A DNA stretch of 61,783 bases, filler included, from Sphacelaria rigidula (Eukaryota), in assembly GCA_964200075.2 (NCBI GenBank). It is 4 parts of 4 records of this genome, joined end to end, with 100 filler letters (N's around TTAATTAATTAA, not from the genome) between each part and the next. Parts side by side here need not be neighbours in the genome. Positions count along the whole stretch, not along the records: positions 46,417 to 61,783 come from CAXNAA020001779.1; 3 more parts are not named here. One strand, given 5' to 3'. Shown here in pieces: positions 46,825 through 60,289 of the stretch. The stretch's first letter is position 1. The number at the start of each line of letters is the position of its first letter. The position numbers and the translations under genes were made by a program. The notes beneath the pieces were generated by a model. That model saw only the letters and a list, made by a program, of their open reading frames with translations, did no database searches and was not told the DNA's origin.

Positions 46825-48404
46825 CTTGTACCTGCTTTGGGAGGGATCGGAGGCCAGATTACCCCTTCCGCAGGCCAGCAACAACCGCAGGGCTCCTCCG
46901 AAGATTGCCGGAAGCTCGGTGCCGTATGCGAGGGTGTTCGGGAACGCTTTCAGGGCGACAGTGGCGTGGGTGCGGACCTTGAGATGGCTATCCTCTTCCA
47001 TTGACCTTCCGGCGGCGTGGAGTGAGAAGGAAACAGCAGCACAAGAGACGATGGCCGAGGTGAAAGAGTTGAATGAGCAACAGCATACGGGGGGTCACCG
47101 CAGTGGCGGTAAATAAGTCGTAGCACGGCATTAAGTCGCGTTGAAGAACAAGACCCTTGTGAACGACAATGTACAGCAACTTAGTCAGTCACGCTGGGGT
47201 GTTGGTGGTGGTGGGTGGCTATTTCGTAGTCCAAAGAGCAGAAGGAAGAGAGGGACAGAGACAGACAGAGACAGAAATGGTCAACCTGGCACCTGCGAAG
47301 GGACCGCAGAACTGCACCCGACCAAGGCGCCCGCGGTGCTCGCGCTTGCAGTCCAGATGAGGACAGCAGAATCCCGATGGCGATGCAGCAGTTCCACCTG
47401 CATAAAACAGGAACGGCAGGAAGCAGCATCGGGGACGAGCCCGTGCGACATATCAGCGAAGATTCACCTCCTCACGAAACAAAAGCTTAGCACTGGTCCG
47501 GGCAACGGAGGGGACAAGTGGGGGGAAAGTGCATAAGTGCATACGTGAAGACACGAACACGCTTCAAAACGTTGCGAGCGTGATGGTTGGAACAGTTGAC
47601 GCAAAAATATGCGGCAGGAAAATCAGCGACCGAAACAGAGGTAAGCAAGACGACACCGCCCGAGACTGCTGTGCGTACCACCGCGCAAGAGCGTTTCCAT
47701 TTTATTCCTATTCCGAATAATCCGTTCTCACCTGCACTTAGCAGCGGCGGCTGCCGCTTTCCGTTCCTTTGCATTTCCACTCCCGGCCTCTCGCCCTGTT
47801 CGTCCCTGATCAACCACAGCGTTCCCGCTCCCGCCCCTGCCCCCTGCATTATTTGCCGACCAGGTCGTTTCTCGCTCCACGGCATTGGACCTATTCGCCA
47901 ACGTCAACAAGGCGGCGTCTTGAAGCTCCCGGTCTTCCGTCCCACGTACTTTGTCCGTGTCTGCCCCTTCCTCTATGACAACCCCTATCGTACACTCTTT
48001 CGTCGATTTCATCGCCATCGCGGTTGTTGCTGGGCCTCGTCGTCGATCTCGCGGAGCCATCTCGGCCGCTTTTTCAGTGACACCGTCGCCAATATGATTG
48101 GCATCAGATGAGCACATAGTTGTTTCGTGGCTGCTGTCGAAGTCGCAGCGGAGGCCACCGGTATCGGTGTCTAAACTCCAAGCTAAGTACCCCAGTGCGC
48201 GCGCCGCGCTTCCGACGGAGTGGTCAGGCTCGTTTTTCGCTAATCGAAGCACGCCCTCGCAGAGAGAGCGCAGCTGAGGCCGGCTTACCGGCTGAGCGCT
48301 GCTGGAGGCCACACCTCTTGCCAATGGACCCGAGCGTATAGCGTGCAGCGAGCAGGAAAGATTTCCCACGGCGAGCGTTGCCTGTGCTCGGATTGTAGCC
48401 TGTT

Positions 48405-48435
<31 letters not shown>

Positions 48436-51400
48436 TTGTTGTTGCGAAGCACAAAGCAACAGATCGTTCCGGACGACGGCGCCACGTATTCGACACATTA
48501 GCACGGGTAGGCACGACGAATAGAAGCTTGAACGCAACCCCAACCCCATCCTCCATCTGGTCTTGCCAGCTGCTCACTTAGTCATTCATTACTAAATATA
48601 TCGTGATATTGAAGCATATGATTGATATGAATCGCGTGGCGACAACTCGTCCACGAGGCGCAAACTGGACGCTGCAGAAGCAGCGGCGAGAAGTTGGGCA
48701 GGAGAGAAATTACCGGAACCCGATGATCGCTCCTCGAGAGCGAACTGCTACACGATGATGGTGCAGCGTTTCTATACAGTGAAGAACGTTCGGCGGCTTT
48801 CACGAACGAGAACACGGCGTCGTCATGTAGATATCCAGGAACGACAACAAGGCCCAAGACCAACCGCTTGCAACGACCTATCTGCGGTAAGTTTGTCCTA
48901 CGGTAGAAAAACGTCAAATACTGAGGGAAAAAAGCGACTCCGGAGACCTTCGTCTTGCAGGTAACAACCAATTGTCGATTCCTTGCAACTTTGAAAATCC
49001 GAGGCTCGAGGTTATCGCACCCCACCTTGGGATCTTTCATCATCTCCTCCAGCCGCGCCGCGCACCGCCCCAGGAAGTCAGGCTTCCGGCACCAGTCGGA
49101 CGAATCAGCCTTGCCTGCCATAGTCATCAGGCCAGCGATAACCCTACAAGCCAGGACGTTCACGCCTGGCGGGAGAGTGTCATCAGCCATTGCAAGCAAC
49201 AGAGTGCACCGAGGAGAGACCGCCAAGAAAACAGGGAAGGTTTTGCGGTGCTGAGGCAAAAGCTTGCTATTGCGGTGCCAGTACGAGATGGGCGAGGCAG
49301 GAGAGCTACCTACTCGTCCAAGATTAAACTATATATCAGCAAAAGCTAAGGTGGCAGTGCCCCCGGAACATCGTGGGCGGGGGGATAGGCGCGGGAGGTG
49401 AAAATGTAGGCTCGGCACACGTGCATGTCAGACTAGGGACAAAGGTCTTATTCGTGAAAAAGTGTTTCCTATCATTTTTCTGCAATTCGAGGACGAAGTG
49501 CTCGACAAGCTCACCCACTGAACATGAACAGTGGAAGGGGAAAAAACGAAAAACTGATGAATAACGCTCCATAGGATTTCACGAATAAAAAGTTACTCAA
49601 ACGCAGTATCATCTACAGTACAATCAGCGCCCCTTTCTCCCTCCGCCCAAAGCTCTTTTTTTTTGCTCGCGGTTATTTTCCAGATGAAGTACCTGCCGCC
49701 CTGTCCCGCGTGGCCACAAGAAGCTTGTCCAAACATACGTCCCGCTCGCTATCCGAAAACGCCCCCCAGTCCGAATCCAGCAAGCTTCCGTGACAAGAAC
49801 AAGCCACCGCGCGAACTCCGTGATACGGATCCTCCAAAGCTCGCTGCAAGTGCTTTTGGACCAGGTCTCCCCAAAAACCATCACCCCCATGGTCGCCATC
49901 TCTTCCACCACTGCCTCCGCCTCCTGCGCCGACGGCTGCATTTTCCTCAACAACTTGGTCACCCCTTGTAGAAGAAATTACTCCAAACAATGCAGAACTC
50001 CGAGCTCTTGAGCCTAGTCCATCACCTCCAGTCGCCGAGCCTTCTGTCACAGCCGCCACCGCCGCCGCTCGCTCGGCCCGTGCAAGTAGCAGTGCCTCCA
50101 GCACCTTGAGCGCGTGCAGACGTAAGTTCTGATCCGGATCCGCGAAACACCGCAGCAATAGCGCCGAAGCATTATCCCACGTCCTCCGTTCGTTCGTTCC
50201 TTCAGCTTCTTTTTTTTGTTGCTGCCGCTGCGATGGCGCATAATTTGCTTCGTCCTGCTGTTTGCATGCACCGCGCTCGTTCATATCTGCGTCGTCGTCG
50301 TCGGTGGCGGTTGTGCCGTCGTCCTCCTCAGATTTTTTCACCACGCCGCCGGCGGCAGCACAATTCCCCATGTGGCCGATCAAGTGCGACGGGTAAAACC
50401 GTCCGATTCGACTGAGCAGACAAAGGGCCTCAGCGCGCAGCTGCCCGGGAGCATTTGCCACGGAGATCAACCGATCCACCAACAACCCTCCATCATCACT
50501 ACTACCATTGCCGTCGGTACTGTCGCCATGGAGATCCACCGTCGTAGTGTCGGTCGACAAGGGCAAAAGCGGCGACGCGATCGACGAATTTGTGGAAGCA
50601 CCGACACCAGCAGCAGCGTCATTATTCTTCATAGGCGACGATCGCCTCCACGATCCTGCGCTTCCCCCGCCCCTCTCCTCGGGCATCATCATCCTCCTCA
50701 TTGTGGAAGGAGAAGCGCCGCCTACCGCCGCTGGGCTCCTTGCTGCTGCATCATTGCCGTCTTCCGCACTTACACCCGCCACTCTCCTGGACACGTACGA
50801 GGGTGATCTTCGATCGCTGAGACGCCCGGTGAACCTGTTGCTACGATCGCTTGCACTTCCTGCCCGCGGAGGGATAGGTGGGCCCAGTCGGGCGTCGTCA
50901 ACGACCACGGTGGATGGCGCTCTAGTCGAAGGAGTACTCGGAGTAGTGGTAGTACCCCCTGACGCCCGCCAAGCGATGTTGCCGCGTGAAGTGACAATGC
51001 CGCAATGAAAACTCCGCAAGAAGGCGTCGACGGCGATGAGGGGTTGTTCCTTGGTTGATAGGGCGGCCGTAACGGCCTGAGAAGCTGGTCGACATGTAAG
51101 AAACACATGGCCGTTGGCGGTGGGAGGTGTATGTGTCTGTGTCTGTGCGTGTGCCTCAGCGGAAGTTCCACGGGCATCGTGGGCCCACAGTAAGTGCGAC
51201 TGTGAGCTTTGTGAGGGGAAGGCTAACCCGAACACGCAACCTCGAGTGCAAGGTACGCAGCAACGAAACCCACAGTTTCAATTGCAACACAAGCCTGAGA
51301 TAGATGGAAAGGTTACAGTACATGAGACTGCGCGTGGGTGAGGTGATAAAGAGTCTCGGCAGTGTTTCTATGACGAAACAAGAATATCGTCATCATCATC

Positions 51401-54400
51401 GGGGTGCTGCGAATTCCAATCCTCAGGACGACAGAAGACACGTGGACTATCGTCATCGTCGTCATCGTGGCCTCAAAATGCACATCGTACCAAGATGCAG
51501 GAGGGAGGACCAAAGTGCCCACCTGCGATCCTCGCGCTTGGCTCTATTGAGCCATCCAACATCAAAGTGGCGAGAGACGCAAGCAAAGCTTCCAGAAGAC
51601 CCTCAAAGTCGGATCGGCAGCGCTTGTTATCTCCTGCCGTCATGGTCTCCACCTCGTACGGCATCTCCGTGACCAGTGCGCCGGAGCAAGCGCAAAGCTT
51701 TGTCAGAACTGCTGGCGACTGAGTAACCGGCGAGAGGTGGCGTCCGGAAGGGGGCCCAGACGAGGGGATGGGGAAGAGGGGCGGAGGCGGGGCGGGGCGG
51801 GACGGGGAGCATTCTCATTTGCTGCTTGCCTTGGACATTTGACCATTGACCACGTATCCCTTTCGAGACGGAGCACCATTCTTACTTCTAATAAGGACAC
51901 CAACATCTGGGCGCTTAGTACGTTTTTATAACGAATTACACGGAAGAACTCTTTTGCGTATCTTATCCCCTTCCTGTTTCGTCGTCTGTGGCCACCATCC
52001 ATGTCCTAGTATAGCGCCCGTTTTATCGCTACCACCCAGTGTACCAAACGATGTCATGTCACATTTGTTTAGTTCCCACTTTCCCCCCTCCAACACGATC
52101 CGTTCCTCCTTGCATAGCTCAAATCATCGCAATATAGGTTCTACTTTCTGTTCCTTGCCACAGGGGTAATTTCGTGCGTCTACCTCCTCCGCCCGACTAC
52201 TGGTATACCCCTTTCTTCTTGCTGGCAAGTCTAGATTCTCCACCCCAAATCGCACTTTCAGTTTGTTCACGCAGTCCATTCGGCCATTCGGCCATGCGAA
52301 TATGTTTTCATCCCCATCTCTTCTCTCCACCCCGCGTGTATCTTCAGGTGCTCTTCCTTGTCCACTTCCTGTCTCAGCGCTAGTTTTCTCCTCATTTATA
52401 TCTCGTCGCGTACTCTTGTCTTGTACCCCCCACATTCACCCACGGGCATCATCCCTTCTTAGTTTCCTCCCATATTCTTCCATACTTTCTCGGCTATGCT
52501 ATCTCACCTCATATCAGCCCACCTTTTTGCTTCTCTCTTCCATACGGCCCTACCGACTACAATATGGCTGGCAATCTTTGTTTTGACATCTTCCTTACAC
52601 CATACATCATCACGTCAATTTTCTCGGGTCTCAATTCGTTCAAGTCGATACATTCCCAACTCTGCCCTCAATGCTGTATGACTCGTCGTTTTTGAGCATC
52701 AAAGTTTTCCTTAGCTGCTGTCATCTGTCCTGTTTCCAGCTCCTTCACGAACTTCGCGTGAACGGGGGGGAGCAGGGGGGGGCGTACTCATTTGTTTTTT
52801 GCCTTAGTTGTTTGACCATTGACCACGCATCCCTTTCGAGACAGAGCGTGAATGGGTGTGTGTATGTGTGTGTGTGTCGTAAATTCTTGTCGACGAAGCC
52901 GCCTGGGTCAAACCTTTACCGTCACTGAAGTCCACAGAGGCACTTTACCGTCGTTCAACATCTGTACCGGTCCTCCACATTGCACCTTCAAAACTACCAC
53001 TGAAGAAGCGGATTGGTGCGGGTGTGACGCGTGCAGTATCGAATCGACGCGGGCGTTTCATCAGGAGCTCTAGTCGACAGAAATGAAATGACTCAAACGG
53101 CATGGACAATCGATAGAAAAACAGGTGCCTGTTCTTAGCAGGCATTGCTTGAATGTTCCCTCGCTGAGGGACCAAGGGACGCTCGTAGGGATTATCTCGG
53201 CATCGTTGGACATCCGCTCTACGTTCACACGTTAGCAAGCGAAAAGATATCGGTGCGATGGATCGGCCCCTTGTACACACGGCAACATCACTGGGTGAGA
53301 TGTTTTATACTAACTCTTCAAGCAAGGTGACAGCCGATGCGCTTCATGGGGGTCATATACGCGCCTGCTCCCTTGCGAGACACGACACCAGGCTCGTCTG
53401 AAGCTGAAACATCATGGATGCCACACGCTGTCCGATGCCCCCACTGCCACCGCTGCCGCCGCTTCCTCCCCCCGCGCCTCTGATTGGTAATGCTGACAAT
53501 GTCCGTGTCGCTGGCGGCATCCACATACGGAGGGGGGCATTTTTCACCAGGGCGGTCGCCGCTGCGGCTGCCGCCGCCCGTATCTGCGGTGCCTCGTCGG
53601 ATTCCATGAGAGAAATGAGACCGGCGGTAAGTACAGGAGATCCAGCAGACGAGAATGCTTGGCCTGCATGTGTCGCGAAAACCGGGGACAAGAGAACTAT
53701 GAGAGTAGATCAAAGAAAGGCGAAGCGCTATCGACGACGTCTGTGTGTGTGTTTCATTAGATTTCTCTCGGACTGACAAGCACCATTCTATAACAAACAG
53801 AACCAAGGGCTGGCAAACAATCGGTCGTGATAACCTGAGCCATGCACTCGCATCAGCCTCACAACAGCACTCCCTGGAGAATTGAAAAAATGAGCGACTG
53901 GGGTAACCGTCACGCTCTATTTCATGCCATCACCTTCTCCATTGCCAGCTTCCCCTCCGCCCAAAAACAATGCCCAATGTGGATACAGAATTTTGGCATC
54001 TTTGACAGCAACAGCCTCCAGCAGCGCCAAACTCTGAAGCCTGACTCGTGCTCGTGGATCCAGCAACGCCGACGACCGGGTGCCCGTCCTGAGCGGAGAT
54101 ACACCACCGCCGCCACCGTCATCGCCGCCGCCGGCGGGGCCCACCGAGCCTGCCCCACGGCTTCTACTTCGACTTCCACTATGACTCCCTCTCCTCGTGG
54201 CGCTGCCGCCGCGCCCGGCGGTCGTCACTGCTGCCGCGGCTTTCTCCTGTTCCCCCGCTGGTTGGATGAGGTGGTTGAGGGCGTGGATCACTCGGGAAAG
54301 ATATGGTTCTAATACTGACGTTACACCGGTCTTGCCGACTGCGCAAGCGAGGCCTCGCGTTGCCGAGGCTAAAATCTTGCGCTCGGTTGACAAGATGCCG

Positions 54401-55788
54401 GGCGTGGAAGCGAAGTTCGGGCCACTGCCGCCGGATGCGGTGGTCGAGGGGGCGGTTGCGGTGGTTGTGGTATCGGTCATTGTCGTAGCACTTGCAGCAA
54501 AAGAGTGCCAGTGCGCGTTGAAGTTCCGGGTAAGGCAAGAGCACACGTGGGCACGCTGGGGGTCCGTTAAGCCTGCCCAGTTTTTGAGGCAGATGTTGCC
54601 CACAGCATCCAGAGCGGCGTGTCTTCAAAATTCGATGATTCACGACCCGCGAAAGAGCGCACGCGGTCCAGAACACGGAAGAATGGCGGGCAGACACAAA
54701 AAGAGTCAATTGTTTTGATGTTCGTGTATGTTGTGGCGTTGCCGTGCACGATGCGACAGAAAATCGGCATCCGACAACGGGAATTCCCCGCGATGGGATC
54801 TCCCTGTGTTTGGGTGTTTGCACGACTTGAACACCCAGTCCCCAAAGACTGTGGCGATACCAATCTCTCCCTACTTGAGCCCCGTCCGCCGACTCTACTA
54901 CGTTAACTCCAAACATTTAGGCCCTCGAGAACCCCCACCTGGCTTCCATATCTTCAGCGGTAGGGTCAGCAAGGCATAAAAGTCGAGGCAAGATGTCATC
55001 GAACCGCGTGCCGACACGCTCCCCATTCTCGTACAGAAGCTGCGCCACTGCTCGCACGCCTTCATGAGGAGACGGAGGCTGTGCTTCAGAACGCGGATAC
55101 CGCGGTGGCGATTCTGCTGAAGGCACAGCTACGACGGAGGTCTCAAATGGTAATAACCCCGCGAATAAATCCAGCACAATGTCGAGCTGCCATGACACGA
55201 ACGTCACCTTCTGCTGCTTCCCACAGAGCTGCACCATATGCGCATGCAGTGTTGGTTGGATTTCCGGAAAGTACAGAGAGTGGTCGGGCGTGTCAGTTCA
55301 AACGATGGACACGGGGGTAAGGAAGGACGGACGGCACTGCGTGTCTGCAAGACTCGCTGCTGTGACGGATAGACACATAAAACACTCGTGTGTCCGGGCG
55401 TATCCGAGCAGCGCATTCATGTGACATGGTTTTATGCTCGCCGATCATGGTACAGGTAAGCTTGGAGCGACAGCGCCACGAAGCTGGTCGGGATGGGCCG
55501 TGCGTTTAGAATTTGGAATTTCCTGTCTCGGCTTCACACGATCTTCGGGATTTGCTAGCACGCCTTCCTTGCACAATGATTGCTACCGGGTCGAACTATT
55601 CCAGATGGTCAAAAACAACCAAATAACCCGGACCAAAGTGAGCAATGCAAACGGGATAACCGTGGAGGGTGGTTGTTGCCCTTTCACTCACAAAGACGTA
55701 GAATCGTGCCACTCTTGCTGATAGCTCGTTCGCAGATAGTGGGACCGCCTCGCACAACGCGGCAATCATCAAGCCCGCATCTTGAGGG
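46825..55788 (-). CDS. HEATR6: HEAT repeat-containing protein 6-like, partial; exons ~55788-55692, 55228-54939, 54622-53934, 53663-53365, 51718-51523, 51084-49693, 49165-49026, 48399-47732, 47397-47293, 47005-~46825
   Basis: All internal junctions are phase-compatible. Motifs RVRLQSL..KILYPHWALFL, LRAEAL.LL..I.RFY, DPDQNLRLHALKVLE, IRAQA.LAVGNL, AARALGYL, KCRWNCC.AIG and LKVRTHA..AL follow the HEATR6 order. Confidence 0.8.
48400..48445. repeat. (TTG)/(TTGTCG)n microsatellite abutting a splice acceptor
   Basis: tgttgttgtcgttgtcgttgtcg...ttgttgttg. It is intronic, so the poly-Q/T seen in the ORF track is not coding. Confidence 0.85.
51805..52762 (-). mobile_element. 5'-truncated, decayed non-LTR retrotransposon (LINE ORF2 C-terminus) in a HEATR6 intron
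   Basis: Broken frames give AKFVKELETGQMTAAK, EKVWK, MGMKTY.HG.M, KLKVRF..LDLP.RRK.YTSSR..PCGK and WWPQ..KQEGDK..APSRKG.VVNGQMSKAS, resembling the post-RT region with a Cys/His motif. Confidence 0.75.
52763..52850 (-). mobile_element. Second short 3'-end fragment of the same LINE, directly 5' of the longer copy
   Basis: tttgaccattgaccacgcatccctttcgagacagagc matches 51838-51874. Confidence 0.75.
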
Positions 55789-57544
55789 CTTCTCGGCGTG
55801 GACGTGCAGCAAAGTGGTGCAGAACGCAATGCGACGTTGGGTCAGCATGTCAGGAGGTCTTACAGTACGGTACATACACTAATCGTGATCGCGCTGTCGC
55901 AAACGCTCGTTCGGGACCTTGTTGTTACCGAAGCCGTACCCTCCCAAATGAATTCCGGCGGACAAAGAACAACACGCGAGATACTACTCTCGTGCGACAC
56001 CAGGCTGTGTCACGGCGGTCAAATCGGTACAACAGCACACTACCCCATTTGACTCAAATCCCGACCGTAGACGATCCTTATTTTTCCGTGGTTTCGGTTG
56101 TCTGACGAAGCTGAAACGTGACTTGACAAAAATAATGACTTCAACGGAAGGTGGCGGGCTGCGGGAAGTGCTGATAAAAAGGCTAGATAATCGACTGGAA
56201 GTGGTGCACCGAGTGACACATGGGTTGATCCCTTGAGATCACGAACTCATTTCGACGCGGCGGTGAGGGATTGAAAGCGCGACATGAAAATGAAAAAGAG
56301 GTTCACCAGGAGGTCAGCATATCACGAAGTATGCTCCCGACTTGATTTCCTGTACTTGTCAAGAAGAAGGTTTGTTTTCTTACAATTACTACCGCCGCTA
56401 TCGCTTGTCTCGACGAGAGGCTCGTTTTGCTCAACCCGTCGCCACAACACGGATGCCACTGGTGGCTGTTGTCAGCGTCAAATCATAGTTGCGACTGCGC
56501 GAGCCCAAGCCCTCGGGCATGGGGTCCATCTAACAGGGCGCACTATGTGTGCCTACCAACTAAACGCGAGTGTCTTCCCGCCGATATAGCCGGGAATGCT
56601 CGCTGCGGTGACAAAAGTGGGTATCGGCGGATCCTAAAAAATCTTAATCTGCGCAATCCACGCAACAAAACGAAGCAAAGTGTATCGGCGATGGCTTTTG
56701 GAAAAAAAATCAACTGCTTCGCGGACAGCCGTACGGTGACACCCATAGTTGCCTCTGCGGTGGTCCAACCGGTACAATAATCGCTCTATAGGGATGAAGA
56801 ATGCCAGTTCACATGCCGACAGATATGGTATTTTTGAGCAGCTAGTTTGCATTGTAGAACGCGTGAGGACGCGATGAGCAAAATATAACTGGACGAGAGT
56901 CGACGATGTGTAGGAATACCGATCAATCCCTCGACAACATAAGCCAGGGGGATACCGAAGGGAAAATCGGCCAATGACCTTGGATTACGGACTCGTCCAG
57001 AGGAATGGGAGGGGTAGAAAGTATGGCGGGGGGGGAAAAAGAACGCATAGAGTACACAGTGACAAAACAGAGCTACTAGGTACACCTAAATACAAACGTA
57101 AAGGGTATTAATACGCTACTTCTCTACCGTAGACATCGCCGACAGCAGGAGGCATGCACAGAGTACGGCACAATACACCTTGCTCTGCTGACGATCATAC
57201 AGCATAAGCATTATGATGATGAGTGATGAGTACCCGTCAGCCGTTTGTCAAAATTGGTAGCATGGTGAACGAAGGCACCATGGTGTACGAAGGCAGAGGC
57301 GAATTCCGGCAAGAAGCCACCCTGGAATGCAGCGCACTCAAGGTTAGGAATGAACACACATACGGTATACATATGAACGACGAAAAAAGTACAGTATCCC
57401 CGTCAGGCACAAAAAGGCGATAGCTAATGATTTAATAGCAGCTGGTGTAGGTGGCTAACAACCATAGTCGTATCTTTATACGGCTGAGCACCGAGCGCTC
57501 GGCCGGTAAGCGCAGCACACGTTCTGGCTCAAGCCAACACAAAG

Positions 57545-57640
57545 CAAACTTTGCCTGTGGCACCCTGTGCACCTCCCTTGCCCGAGGGCTCTCAGCCTAT
57601 CTTGGGTTGGGATTGGGATTAGGGTAGGGATAGGATCGGT
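57545..57640. repeat. Inverted, diverged copy of the CCCTAA-core repeat
   Basis: cccttgcccgaggg...gggttgggattgggattagggtagggatag. Confidence 0.6.
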
Positions 57641-57654
57641 ATTAGATCTATAGA

Positions 57655-59652
57655 CAATAGACGAAAGGGGGGTACATCCTTATGCTTTTGGAACAAAAAC
57701 GGGTAACGCATTTTTCGCTTTGGGGCGCGGCGCTGCACGCGGGCTAAACACCTCGAAAGCACGTTCCAGCGCCTCAGCCTCACGCCCAAGGTGTCTAGGC
57801 AGCATGCCCGACATTTTATTCATCTTCACAAGTGTTACTAGGCTGAACCACGACACTGAAAATGAGAGCCTGTGAGAGTACCCTTTTTTGTAAACAAACT
57901 AGGGGGGTACACCCTGCCCTCTGCCATGAATTCATCTCTCATCCTTTTTTGTTCACCGGTTGACCCTTTTTTGCGACGTGGTGACCGTACAGCTGGCTCA
58001 ACAGAAGATACACCGAGCAGTCACAACCATAGCCATTTTCGGACAAACTACACTCCCCCCAAAGAAGGCCAAAACCCAACGACCAAGGAAGTGTAGTCCC
58101 CAGCTAGTTGGCCCAAGGACCCGGAAGATCCAACGATGCATACATGGCGCTTGTGTGCCGGAGCACACAAAGATCCAACGAACATATCTGAAGATCTTGC
58201 CAACAAACGCACACGCCCGCACGGCGTCACGTGGTGACAACGTCAGACCGCTGCGGGATTTGCAATTTGCGGCTCGCAAACAAAGATGGGCACCGACCGG
58301 ATTCCGGACTGGAGGAAGAACGCCTGAATCAGATGGCATAGACTGTACAATCGAATTCCTCGTGTGATCCTCGCTGTTGCATTCATTTCAGACCAGCACT
58401 ACGAGCTGGGCCAGCCTAGAAGCGGATCTGTAGTTTGCAGGCCAATTATCACCTCATTTTTTAGAGTTGGACCCTACAATTTGGTACAGACAATGCATAG
58501 GGCAAAATGAAAATATATTGATAGACCCAAAAAAAAAAAAAAATCATGAGTTAGACGCCATAATCATTTTCAGGTTTCACTATTCGGCAAAATGCAGTTA
58601 AAGTGTACATATATTGTACACTTTACGTCATCCGATTCAGGCGTTCTTCCTCCAATCCGGAATCCGGTCGGGGCCCATCTTTGTTTGCGAGCCGCAAATT
58701 GCAAATCCCGCAGCGGCCTGACCTTGCCGTGCGGGCGTGTGCGTGTGTTGGCAAGATGTTCAGACATGTTCGTTGAATCTTTGTGTGCTTCGGCACACAA
58801 GCGCCATGTATGCATCGTTAGACCTTCCGGGTCCTCAGGCCAACTGGCAGGGGGCTACACTCTCTTGGTCGTTGTTTTTTTTCTTTTTTTTGGTGGGAGT
58901 GTAATTTATCCGGAAATTGCTATGGTTGTGACTTCTCAGCGGATCTTCTGTCGAGCCGGCTGTACGGTCACCACTTCACAAAAAAGGGTCAACAGGCGAA
59001 CAAAAAAAGGGTAAAAGATAAATTTGTAGCAGAGGGCACACATGCGGCCATTTGGCTACCTCCCTAAATGCCTCCGGAGGGATGCGCGGCTCTCCAAAGG
59101 CAAAACAAGTCTTTGGAGGCCTTCAATCCCTCTGGAGGAAACCAAACACTGCCGACCTGGAGGGCCGCGCACCCCTCCGGAGGAATTTGGGGGTAGCACA
59201 AGACCTTCGGAGAGATGCGCGGCCCTCCAGAGCCAAAAATAAACCTCCGGAGGCGTTTAATCCCTCTGGAAGAAATAAAAAAATCTCCTCTGGAGGACCG
59301 CGCACCCCTCCGGAGGCGTTTAATTCCTCTGGAGCCTCAAAACGTTGACCGACCTGGAGGAATTTTGGCAGTAGCCAAATCACCGCGTGTGCAGAGTGTA
59401 CCCTCTTAGTTTGTTTGCAAAAAAGGGTACTCTCACAGGCTCTCATTTTCGGCGCCGTAGTTCAGCCTAGTAACACTTGTGAAGATGAATAAAATGTCGG
59501 GCATGCTGCCTAGACACCTTGGGCGTGAGGCTGAGGCGCTTGAACGTGCTTTCGAGGTGTTTAGCCCGCGTGCAGCGCCGCGCCCCAAAGCGAAAAATGC
59601 GTTACCCTTTTTTGTTCCAAAAGCACCAGGATGTATCCCCTTTTGTATATTG
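57655..59652. mobile_element. ~2-kb foldback element with ~690-bp TIRs
   Basis: 57655-58345 is the reverse complement of 58610-59652 (minus the insert). The outer ~260 bp are nearly identical. Termini caatagacgaaagggg / ccccttttgtatattg. Confidence 0.9.
59039..59391. mobile_element. 353-bp CAC...GTG element, 21-bp TIR, 2-bp TSD CA (EnSpm/CACTA-like), nested in the foldback right arm
   Basis: ca|cacatgcggccatttggctac ... gtagccaaatcaccgcgtgtg|ca. Internal cctc(c/t)ggagg repeats. The left arm shows the empty site. Confidence 0.85.
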
Positions 59653-59673
59653 CACTAGACATATTGTTTGACA

Positions 59674-60057
59674 AAGGGTAGGTCGAGTAGAGTATACTCA
59701 ATCATCAGTATTTTTGAAGAGTCATGTTTTTCGTACCCAAAGATTGAGTAGAGTATTTGACGTCGTACTCAACCTACTCAATTATTCGAGTAGAGTATTT
59801 GAGATAATACTGAATCTACTCGAAATTTGAGTAGAGTATTGAGATCATACTCAAGTGATACTCTATACTCAAGTGTTACTGAGACTGCTTACTCAATATT
59901 CGAGTAGAGTATTTGAGGTCGTGCTCGACCTACTCAAAATTTGAGTAGAGTATCTGAGGCCGTACTCGTACTCGACCTAGTCAAACATCGAGTAGAGTAA
60001 ATACTTGAGTATTTTACTCGAGTACTCAAAAGTCCATACTCTACTCGACCCACCCTT
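59674..60057. mobile_element. MITE with 22-bp TIR and internal GAGTAGAGTA/TACTC repeats
   Basis: aagggtaggtcgagtagagtat ... atactctactcgacccaccctt (1 mismatch). Confidence 0.85.
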
Positions 60058-60289
60058 AAAAACTGGTCGTTTCCATGCTAAACCGGCTGGTGAGATGGGG
60101 CGCTGGGGCAAGTGGGTTCATTCACCCTCACGATTTTTTTTTTTTATTGCCATCATTCGCCCCTACTCCTTGTTGGCTGTGATGTAGCATCGCCCATCCA
60201 ATTGATGGCCACCGTTCGCCCATGTATTCAACATAGTCTGTGAAGTAACGTCACGAAGTCGCCGACTGTCAGGGATACTCACCATGCCC

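Noticed and set aside
49624..54718. Long plus-strand and alternate-frame ORFs overlapping HEATR6 exons
   Set aside because: Antisense shadows of GC-rich coding exons
31197..55788. Functional cluster of PUS7, SQE and HEATR6
   Set aside because: HEATR6 is on a different contig, and PUS7 and SQE are unrelated housekeeping neighbours
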